Shown here: positions 53,401-64,000 of the stretch, piece after piece
How the letters are laid out: each line of letters begins with the position of its first letter
How positions within the stretch are numbered: position 1 is the stretch's first letter
NCBI RefSeq assembly: GCF_009834535.1
Contig: NC_045696.1
Location: forward strand, 42,658,001 to 42,722,000
Direction: 5' to 3'
DNA: 64,000 nt
Source of the DNA: Camelus ferus
Lineage: Eukaryota
Program-made: the position numbers and the translations under genes
Notes under the pieces: generated by a model
What the model saw: the letters and a program-made list of their open reading frames with translations, nothing else
Told to the model about the DNA's origin: nothing
Databases searched by the model: none

Positions 53401-54689
53401 CAGTGAGGAATGTCACCCCACACATATGGTAAGGAAGCGAGAGCTTTCTCTACTCAACCTCAGGTTAACAAGTTGATACTCCTCCTCATATACGTCTTCT
53501 TTTGCTTTAAGCTGCCAAACTTTTATAATCAATACACATGAGTGAGTGAGCATTTTGTTTGGAATCCCATCTCAAAGGGCAGGCAAAGGAGACCTACATT
53601 CCACAGAAATAGTTAGCATTCCCGTAAACAGCAGGAAACAGGCTCTCAGTTTCAACACCAGGAGCTGGGTAATCACCAACCAGCTCTAATAGAAATGGAA
53701 ATTCAGAAACACTTAATGTTTTTTCTGAAGTGGAGCATTTTGCAAAGTTTGTCCAAGAGCAAGTAGGTATGAGGGCTGTTGGACCTCTTCACTCCTTTTT
53801 TGTTGGTTGTTTCAAAGAATCCATTTTATCTACAGCTGGAATTTCACAGCAGCGATCAACTATTATAAACCAGAGTAATAGCATCCTTGGCAGTATTACT
53901 TGCAAAAATAACAGGGGAATAGCAGGAGACCTGCCAGGACCACTGTAGGGGCCTGAAATGCAAAGCTGCCTACACTTGTCAGATAATGGGATAAAATTCC
54001 CCTTGGCCTACCTGTTGTGCAAAATAAGGTCCCTTAGGTGATAAAAATCCCACGACCACCCTGCCCTTCTTTACCAGGCTTGACCTTCTTTCTTCCCACC
54101 TTGCCTTTGACTTCATTTTTTTTTTTTTTTGGTCCAAAAATAAAATGCAAATGCTTAAATAGTCTTGCAATAATTAATGGCGTTCTATTTTTAAATATAC
54201 ATCTGCAATTGCAGGAAATATTCATAAAACTTGCCTCTTTTTTTGATCCAGCATCTTCTACTCTGGTACTGTCATCTTCTTTCAAGTTCCTTGTCAAAGA
54301 GGTGACTGAATGATTGACGCTGATAAAGTGAAAGAACTAAATTCCAGAAGGGAAGAAAAAGAAGAAAAGAAGAAATGTAAATCTCTCTTCTAACATCAAC
54401 ACACTTCACCATACTTGCAGACTTCATAAATCAGATTTGGTAATGAGAGCTGAAAGCACATGCTGTGTTAGAAGAAAATACGGTAAGTGTATGTCTGAAA
54501 ATTCTTTCTGATCATGAACTGAAAATTCCTGTTAATCAAGACCAATTTTAAGTATGGGTAAGGATAAGGGTGCAAGGATCATATCTACCTCTTTGTATTT
54601 TAATATATTTTAAGTCCTCTAAAAGTGTTTAATGTTACTATGTATAAAATTATTCTGAAAGTCATAGAACCTCAGAGATAATTACAAAC

Positions 54690-54717
54690 TGGCCCTTGGG
54701 GTATGGCCCTTGGGGTA
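54690..54717. repeat. Perfect 14-bp tandem duplication (TGGCCCTTGGGGTA x2)
   Basis: Directly visible. Confidence 0.9.
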
Positions 54718-56539
54718 TTGTTCCAACAAATCACTAACAAATAAGAAAAATGCTTTGTATACATGCACACAACTTTAGATATTAAAGTATATCTTTGCCT
54801 GTGAACCTTGTTAGAAACATGATCCAGTGGGGGAATAAATGAGCACGTTTTCCTAAAGATTATTTCATTTTACATAACGTAATTGCTCCCCTTATCTTTC
54901 TTTCCACCATCTGAATAACAAACGTGTATTTTCCTACCAGTGTTTTGAGCTAGGTTTACTTGCAAATACATTTCTCAGTCTTGCATGGGAGGAGTTTCTT
55001 TGTACTGAAGCTGAAACAGTTGAACCAGGGAATTGATAAGAACGTTCCAGTGTATGGTAATTTAGTGCTTTGGCTCTCTGCTCCTGGGGAGCAGCACTTG
55101 GGTCTTGATGGGCTAGCGGTCAGAACAGGAAATTTTGCCAGGCTTATTTTAGTAGACACTGATTGGTTTAGCACTCGGCAATAGAGGCACTGAACAAATT
55201 TTTCTCAACTGAGTGTAAGGACAGCAATAAAAAAGCCAAGGTACCACAGGTTGTGACAAATGAGCTCTACCGATAAAGACGGAGGGAACCGGAGCGAATT
55301 TTTACACTGTGCGCTTTCTTTGTGTTTATGAAACAGTTTTTCATTCCAACATCTCAAAACAATTTAAAACGTACTTATCAGTTGGAAGGAGGTTACTTCC
55401 CTCCTAAGGCATCAGGATGCTGACTCACTAGGTTCAGAGCTAACCCGAGGCCATTCACTACTTTGGTATAAAGGTGTACAGATTGGAATTATAAACATTT
55501 TTGACTCTCAAGGTCAAAATGGCTAAAATCTTGCTGTTCCAATCTCTGTATATCCTGAATCCAGTGCTTTCTCAACGAGAGAACCAGGAAGAGACTGAAG
55601 TGAACTCAGATGAGAGCAGACCCATTGAGAACTAAGCATAAAAGGGAGTATCTAGATTCATCTTTTAAGTTTTAAAATTGTAAACCATGTAATCTATCGA
55701 TATAATCTATTGATATAATCTGTTGGTATCAAAATGTTTCATTTGAAGAAAACAACATTCTTAGACAATAAGCTCTAAATTTAAATGTATTACCAAATGT
55801 TTTAGAGCTGAGTGTTCTTTCTGGCTATTGAACCTACTAGAGAGTTGAGCTCAAGGTTCAGATTGACCGGAGTTTAATACCTATGCACAATGCTGAGCAC
55901 ATAATGGTGATGCAATGTAAATTTGTTTGAGAAAAATGATGTATAAAGTTAAATAAATTATTAATGCAACCTTCTCCATAGCATCCCATTTATACCAACC
56001 TCTACTATGTAACAACGCTTCACAACACAAAATATAAAAAATAAAAACAAACTGTCAAACACCTTTGATTAGATATTATTGCTTCTGCTTTATCTTTCTA
56101 ATATTTGAAGTGATTCTGAGCTATGTCAGTCTAGGTATTTCTTTTCAGATGAATGTACCTTATATATCCTATATATATATTTTTTTCTTTTATTGAGATA
56201 TAGCTGACATACAATGTTATGTTAGTGTCAGGTGTACTACATGACGATTTGACATTTGCATACATCGCAAAATGATCACCACGGTAAGTCTAGTAACCGT
56301 CTGTCCCAGAGTTATTAGCATAATGTTGACCATATTCCTTATGCTGTATATTACATCCCTGTGGCTTATTTATTCTACAACTAAAAGTGTGTACCTCTTA
56401 GTCCCCTTTACCTACTTTGCTCACTCCCCCACCTACCTCCCTTCTGGCAATCCCTGTTTATTCTCTGTATCAATGAGTCTGTTTTAATTATGTTTTGTAT
56501 GTTTGTTGTTTTGTATTTTAGATTCCACATACATAAGCA

Positions 56540-59500
56540 TATATCTTTTTGAATTGGTGTTTTCATTTTCTTCAGGTAAATACCCAAAGGTGAAAATACT
56601 GGGGAGTATGGCAATTCCATTTTTAATTTTTTGAAGAAGCTCCAAACTGTTTTCCATAGTGACTGCACCAATTTACATTCCCACCAACAGTGCACAAGGG
56701 CTCCTTTTCTTCACATCTTTGGCAACACTTGTTATTTGTTGTTCTTTTTGATGATAGCCATGCTGGCAGGTGTAAAGTAATATCTCACTGTGGTTTTGAT
56801 TTGCATTCTCCTAATGATTAATGACATTGGGCATCTTCTCATGTGTCTGTTGGCCATCTGTATGTCTTCTTTTGAAAAATGTCTATTCAGAGCCTCTGTT
56901 CATTTTTTAACTGGGTTGTTTGGTTTTTTGACATTAAGTTATATGGGTTCTTTGTATATTTTGGATGTTAACCCCTTACCAGATACATGATTTGCAAATA
57001 TCTTCTCCTTTTCAGTAGGCTGCCTTTTCATTTTGTTGACAGTTTCCTTTACTATGCAAAAGCTCTTTAGTTTTATGTTGTCTCATTGTTTATTTTTGCT
57101 TTTGTTTCCCCTGCCTGAGGAAACATCCTCTCAAATATTATTAAGATGAGTATTCAAAGAGCATACCATCTATATTTTCTTCTTAGAGTTTTATGGTTTC
57201 AGGTTTTGTATTTAAATCTTTAATCCATTTTGAGTTTATTTTTGTATATGGTATGAGAAAGTAGTCCAGTTTGATTGTTTTGCATGTAGCTCTCCAGTTT
57301 TCTCAACATCATTTATTGAAGGGTATGTCTTTTCCCCATTGTATATTCTTGACTCCTTTGTCATAGATTATTTGACCATGTAAGGGTGGGTTTGTTTCTG
57401 GGCTGTCTGCTCTGTTCCATTGATCCATGTGTCCGTTTTTGTGTGTTTTTGTGTACCATAGTATTGTAGCTTTCTTATATAGTTTGAAATCAGACAGTGT
57501 AATTCCTCCAACTTCATTCTTCTTTATAAGATTGTTTTGGCTAATTGAAGTTTTTTGTGTTTCTATATAAATTTTAGAATCATTCATTCTTTTTCTGTGG
57601 AAAATGACATTGTTATTATGGTATGGATTGCATTGAATCTGTAGATTGCTTTGGGTAGTACGGTCACTTTAACAATATTACTTCTTCCAATCCATGAGCG
57701 TAGTCTATCTTTCCATTTGTTGTGTCATCCTAAATTTCTTTATCAATGCCTTATATTTTTCTGAGTAAAAGTTTTTACCTCTTTGGTTAGACTTCTTTCT
57801 AGATACTTTATTCTTTCTGATGCAGTTGTAAATGGGATTGTTTTCTTAAATTTTCTTTCTGATAGCTTGTTGTTAGTGTGTAGAAATGCCACAGATTTCT
57901 ATTTATTAATTTTGTATCCTACAACTTTACTGAATTAACTTATAGTTCTGATAGTTTCTGATAGTGTCTTTAGGATTTTCTACATATATATCTTCCGTGA
58001 ACAGTGACAGTTCTATTCTTTCCTTTTCAATTTGGATTCCTTGTATTTCTTTTTCTTGTCTGATTACTATGGCTAGGACTTTCAATACTATGTTGAATGA
58101 AAGTGGTGCCATTCAGTATCCTTGTCTTGTTCCTGATCTTAGAGGAAATGCTTTCCTCATTTCATTTTTGAGTATGATGTTGGCTTTAGGTTTGTTATCT
58201 GTGAACTTTATGTTGAAATATGTTCCCTATATACCCACTTTGTTGAAAGTTTTTATTATAAATTTATGTTGAATTTTGTCAAAAGTTTTTTTCTGGATCT
58301 TTTGAGATAGTTATATCCTTTTTATTCTGAATTTGTTAATGTCATGTATCACATTGATTTATTTGCAGATATTGAACCATTCTTGCTCCCCTGGGATAAA
58401 TTCCACTTCATCATGGTATATGATCCTTGTAATGTATTGTTGAATTTAGTTTGCTAATTTTTGTTGAGGATTTTTGAATCTGTATTCATCTTTGATATTG
58501 GCTTACAGGTTTTTTTTTTTTTTTTTGTGGTGTCTTGTCTGCTTTTGATATCAGGGTGATGCTGGCTTCATAGAAGGAGGTTAGAAACATTCCTTCCTCT
58601 TCAATTTTTTTGAATAATTTGAGAAGGAGTTTTAACCCTTCTTTAAATGGTTGGTAGAAATCACTTGTAAAGCCTGGACTTTTGTTTATAGGGAGTTTTT
58701 TAGATTACTGATTCAATTTCATTACTGGTAATTGGTCTGCTTATATTTTCTGTTTCTTCCTGATTCAGCCTAGGAAGAAACTATATTTCTAGGAATTTTT
58801 CCATTTCTTCTTGGTTGTCCATTTTCTTGTCATGTAATTGTTAATAGTAATCTCTCATGATCCTTTGTATTTCTATAGTGTTAGGTGTAATTCCTGCTCT
58901 TTTATTTGTGGCTTTATTTATTTGGGCCCTCTCTCTCTCTTTTTTTCTGATGAATCTGGCTATAGGCTTATCAATTTGTTGATCTTTTCAAAGAACCAGC
59001 TCTTAGTTTTATTGAACTTTTCTATTGTTTTTAGTCTCTATTTATTTTCACTGATCTTTATGATTTATTTTCTTCAATTAACTTCAGGTTTTGTTTGTTT
59101 TTCTTTTCTAGTTCTTTTACATATAAGTTCAGATAGTTTATTTGAAAATGCTCTTGTTTCCTGAATTTAGCTTGTATTGCTATAAATTCTCCTCTTAGAA
59201 CTGCTTTTGCTATGTCCTGTAGATTTTGGATCATTATGTTTCCATTTTCACTTTTCTCCAGGAGTTTTTTGATCTCCTCTTTGATTTCTTTAGTGACCCA
59301 CTGGTTGCTTGGTAGCACATAGTTCAGCCTCCATGTATTTGTGCTTTTTGCAGTTTTTTCCTTATAGTTGATTTCTAGTCTCATAGTGTTGTGATCAGAA
59401 AATGTTCTTGATATGATTCCAATCTTAAATTTATTGAGACTTGTTTTGTGGCCTAGCATGTGATCTATCCTGGAGAATGTTCCATGGGCACTTCAAAATA

Positions 59501-60050
59501 GTGTTTTCAGCTACTTTTAGATGAAATGTTCTCTATATTTCTATTAAGCCCTCTGGTGTAAGGTGTCATTTAAGGTCAGTGTTTCCTTAATTATTTTCTG
59601 CCTGGATGTCTGGATTTTTTGTATGTTAATGTAACTAGAGTGTTTAAGTCCCCTATATTATTGTGTTACTGTCAATTTCTCCCTGTATGTTTCTTAATAT
59701 ATGCTTATGTATTTAGGTTTCTATATTCAGAGTGCTTATGTATTTTCAATTGTTATAACTTCTTGTTGGATTGATCCTTTTATCATTATATAACGTCCTT
59801 CTTTGTCTCTTGTTACAGTCTTTGTTTTAAAGTCTATATTGTCTGATGTAAGTATTGCCACTCCAGCTTTACTTTGTTTCCATTTGCATGAGATCCCTTT
59901 CCATCCCCTCATTCCCAGTCTGTGTGTGTCTTTAGATCTGAAGTGAGTATCTTATAGGCAGTGTATATGGGTCTCATTTTTGTATCCATTTAGCCACTCT
60001 GTCTTTTGATTGGAGATTTAGTCTATTTACATTTAAAATAATTATTGATG
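56540..60050 (-). pseudogene. Disrupted L1 ORF2 (endonuclease/reverse transcriptase)
   Basis: ORF fragments GHKTSLNKFK...FSDHNTMRLEIN (endonuclease end), [23 protein letters not shown]...LSLFTED (RT, FADD motif decayed), [11 protein letters not shown]...DQWNR and HCWWECKLVQSLWKTVW; many stops and frameshifts. Confidence 0.92.
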
Positions 60051-60479
60051 TATATGTACTTATTGCTTGTTGATGTGCATGTACTTATTGATGTTTTGTT
60101 AACTGTTTTCTGGTTGTTTTTGTAGTTTTTTGTTGTTGTTCCTTTCTTCTTTTGCTCTCTTGTGATTTGATAAATATATTTAGTGTTATGTTTTCATTCA
60201 TATCTCTTTTTTGTGTATGTATTTTTTATAGGATTTTTGTTTGTGGTTACTTTTAGGTTTAGATAGAGCAACCTGTGTATATAAGTGATTATTTTAAGTT
60301 GATGATCTCTTAAGGTTGACTGCATTCTAACAAACTTGCATATCTCCTCCCTCATGTTTAATATTTTTTGGTATCAAATTCACATTATTTTGTGTATCCC
60401 TTAACTACTGTTGTGGATATAGATGGCTTTACTTCTTTTATCTTTTAACTTTCCCATTAGCTTTGTAAGTGGTTGTTCT

Positions 60480-61520
60480 ACTAACTTTAATGTAGTTTGC
60501 TTGCCTTTACCAATGAGATTTTTCCTTTTGTAATTTCCATATTTCTAGTTATGATCTTTCATTTCCACTTATAAAATTCCCTTTAACAAATCCTGTAAAG
60601 CCGATTTAGTGGGGCTGAATTCTTCTTTGGCTTTGGCGTCTCTGTAAATCTCTTTATCTCTCTTTTAAGTCTGAATGACAGCCTTGCCAGGTAGAATATT
60701 CTGGGTTGTAGGTTATTTCATTTTATCACTTAGAATATATTGTGCTCTTCCCTTCCGGCCTGCCAATTTTCCACAGAAGTCAGCTGATAGACTTACGGGA
60801 GTTCTCTTGTACATAACTGGTCACTTTTCTCTTGCTGCTTTTAAGAGTCTCTCTTTATATTTAATTTGATTTATTTGCAGATATTGAACCATTCTTGCTT
60901 TTTTTGCCATTTTAAATACAGTGTGTTTTGTTGTGGTCCTTTTTGGGTTCCTCTTGTTGGGAACTCTCTGTGCTTCCTGGACTTGGATATCTGTTTCCTT
61001 TCCCAGGTTAGAAATGTTTTCAGCTATTACTTCTTCAAATAAGTTCTCTGCCCCTTTTTCTCTCTCTTCTCCTTCTGGACTCCCATAATGGGATTGTTAG
61101 TATGTTTGAGGTTGCCCCAGACATCTCTTAAACTTCCCTCATTTTTTAAAATTCTCTTTTCTTTTTTTTTTCTGTTCAACTTGGATGAACTACTCTCTCT
61201 CCTATTTCACTCCTAGATCTTTCCTCTGTATCATCTAATTTGTTGATTCCTTCTAGTGTTGTACTTTTTATTTCAGTTATTATATTCTTCAGCTCTGTTT
61301 GGTTCTTCTTTATATTTTCTAACTCTGTTGAAATTCTCACTGTATTTATCCATTCATCTCTCAAGCACCTTTATGATCATTACCTTGAACTCTTTATCAC
61401 ATAGATTGCTTATTTTCTCTTCCTTTAATTCTTTTTCTGAGGTTATGTTCTGTTCCTTCATTGGGACATCTTCCTCTGTTTTCCTCATTTTGCCTAATTC
61501 TTTGTGTTTATTTCTATGCA
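60480..61520 (-). pseudogene. Disrupted L1 ORF1
   Basis: Coiled-coil fragment ELENIKKNQTELKNIITEIK..LEGIN.LDDTEER (61176-61364) and antisense ORF1 C-terminal motifs (gtcagctgatag, cttgccaggtagaatattctggg). Boundaries are approximate. Confidence 0.85.
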
Positions 61521-64000
61521 TTAGGTAGGTCTGTTACATTTCTCAGTTTAGAAGTGGCCTTATGGAGGTTATGTTTCATGGGCCCCAGCAGCACACTCCC
61601 CTCTGATCACCAGAGTTACATACTCTCCAGGTGATCCTTATGTGGTCTGAGCAGGCCCTTTCATTTTGGTGGGTCCAGCTACTGTAGGTGTGCTACTAAT
61701 TGCTGGTCCCCATCCCCGTTGGCTGCAAAGTCCTGCCTCGTTTGGTGGCAGCTATTCCACTGGAGGTTGTGGCCAGGGCCTTGGGGAGCCAGCTTCAGAG
61801 CCCAGAGAGCCCAGGGGTTGTGCCATCCCATAGGTGGGTGGGGCCATATCCTATAGGACTAGGGGGAATCCCGGCTCTAATAACCCATTGATGGTGGGTG
61901 GGTAAGCCCTTGGCACTAGCAGGCTAGAGGAAGGATTCCAAAATGATGCTTGTCAGCATGAGTTTTCTCCTGATAGAATGAGCTCCCCCAAATGGCTGCC
62001 TCCTGTGTCTGTGTCTCCAGGGGTTTTCCCAGTTGCCTCCTTGCTCTCCAGTGGGCTCTCCAAGACCAGCAAGTGGGTCTAACCCATGATTTTTTCAAAT
62101 TACTGCCTGTGTTTGGGAACTCAGAGTGTGTGAGATATACTCGTGCCCTTTAAGGGCAGCCTCTGTTTCCTACAGCCCTCTGAATTTCCTATTCACAAGC
62201 TCTGCTGGCCTTCAAAGCCAGATGTTCTGAGGTTTGCTTCCAGTGAAGGACTCCAGGCTGGAGAGAACTGATGTGAGGCTTGGTCCCCTCACTCCTTAGG
62301 GAGAATGTCTGTAATTATGATTATCCTCCCATTTGTGGGTCACCCACCAAGGGGTGTGGGTCTTGACTATAATATGTCTCACCGCCCCCCCCCCCCCAGC
62401 AGTCTCATTATGTTTCCTTCTTTAGTCTTTAGTTGTGGAGAATCTTTTCTGGTACTCTTCAGGCCGTTCTCGTAGATAGTTGCTTTTTAAATAGTTGTAA
62501 TTTTGGTGTCCCTGTGGAAGGAGATGAGCTCAGAGTTTTCCTAATCTACCATCTTGGTCACACATCTCCTTGTACGTATATTTTAAAGATGTGTTGAACT
62601 TCTAAGATAATAAGGCTGAAGGCAGTATGTCTTGTTTTCATGATGTCTAGAGTAGCTTGCAAATCATAATGACACAGACCATCTTCCTAGTTTTTTAAGC
62701 TCTGGAACTTGCAGAGGTTCCCAGAGGCTAATAAATGATGGGGGAATCTCATAAATGTAATAAATACATAATAACTAACTAGATAAATAATAGATATATA
62801 GTTTTGCTATTGACTTTTATGAGAGATAACATGTGTGAAGGAAGGAGAGATACAGATTAAGAGATAAAGATTAAGTGCTTTATAAAAGGATCCATTTAAA
62901 TATAATATATTGCTGTTATTTTAGAGGAAAATACTTCCCCATAAGTAAAGGGCCTGTCAGCATTTCTACTGGAAGCCTTTATTTTAAGGATGTGTAACTC
63001 AACCCTAAATTGTGCTGTCGGCTGAAATATGGTATATAAAGTTTCAGTGTCATTGCCATTTTTTTCTACATTTCAAATCACAAAACCCCACATTTTTTTT
63101 TCACATGTGGACATTAATCTAAAGCAGAAGTCAGTAATTGCCAATGCTATCAAATTTTATTCCATCTGAATAAGATGATATTTCCTAAGATATCAAGGCT
63201 GCCAACACTAAGGAACATACATAAATAGCTTTTTGTGATTCTGCTTGATGTCAGTGTTTTGGTCAAATATAACGTGTAGGTGGATGCTGTAATACTGGCT
63301 TCCAAGTCATTTGGAGGAAAATAATTATGCCTGGGGCACTGGAAAAATTTCAATTTTGAGCTAGAGATGTGAAAGTATTAACAATCACGCCTACTGAGAT
63401 GAACTATCTACTCTTGACATTTAAAACTAGTCTATTCATTTCTATTCTTTATGGGCTAGATGTCTATTTCAGGAATTTATGGCAAACATCTGATCCAAAA
63501 GTAGTTATGTTCTTGACAACAAAAAGTGATAAAGAAGCTGTAGAGAGCAATGAAAATTGATGGGGATAGAGAGTGATAAACAGCAAAAGAGACCCATTAA
63601 GGGCCAGATGATTGGTAGGGCCCAAGGAGAAGGGACTGAGAGGTAAATTGGAGTGCAGGTTGATCATTTCACAGGTGCAGTCAGCCAGCTCTCCCCAACA
63701 TTCCTGGTTTGTTCGGAATTGAAATCTGAAGGCAACTTGTTAGACTTTGGGTCTGACATCATTCTGCATTTGTGAGAGGAAAAGAGGACCATGACTCCAG
63801 TGTTCAGGGAACTCAGTGTCATAAAATCAGCAAGTTTCAAGGCAAATTCACAGAGCATTATTTTTTATCAGGATTGAGCAAAATAAAACTAAAAGTGTGA
63901 AATGTGGTTTCTAATGAGTTCTAACTTTTAAAAGGATAGTATAATCTTCTATTCAGGTATTAGGGACTCACATTTGATCAATTTTCTTTTTCTAAGAAGA

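Larger units (their letters stand above)
56184..62570 (-). mobile_element. Near full-length (about 6.4 kb) inactive LINE-1
   Basis: 3' UTR/poly-A at about 56184, then ORF2 and ORF1 remnants in the correct order, then a GC-richer 5' UTR with a YY1-type motif (CCAAGATGG on minus, 62549-62557). Degenerate TSD at 56170-56183 / 62571-62584, followed by TTTT/AA. Confidence 0.95.

Noticed and set aside
55690..55720. Short tandem duplications (13-mer here; also about 27267-27292 and 60045-60093)
   Set aside because: Ordinary slippage duplications without spacers; not a CRISPR-like or organised array.
56790..61528. Hydrophobic plus-strand ORFs (for example 57964-58272 and 58838-59164)
   Set aside because: They are antisense translations of the A-rich L1 ORFs, not membrane-protein genes.
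1..64000. Prokaryote-type systems (operons, CRISPR, defence islands) or a domesticated transposase gene
   Set aside because: The DNA is mammalian, no ORF exceeds about 133 aa, and all transposon coding remnants are broken.

Overview
This is AT-rich, CpG-depleted eutherian mammalian genomic DNA, either intronic or intergenic. I found no recognisable cellular protein-coding exon, rRNA, tRNA or CRISPR array. The window is a mosaic of interspersed repeats: MIR and L2 relics, MaLR/ERVL/ERV1 solo LTRs (including a MER41-like LTR), Tigger and hAT DNA-transposon relics, short 5'-truncated L1 tails, and one near full-length inactive L1 (56184-62570, minus strand) that supplies the only ORFs with recognisable protein similarity. 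The repeat complement points to an artiodactyl, most plausibly a camelid (inference). All family names come from recalled consensus sequences, not from a database search. I found no convincing new multi-gene system. The items most worth checking are a MER41-like LTR with an intact STAT/GAS site, a MER53 hairpin carrying a miR-1302-like sequence, a 34-bp locally templated insertion inside the L1, two CpG/motif-rich candidate regulatory elements and one candidate 165-nt exon.
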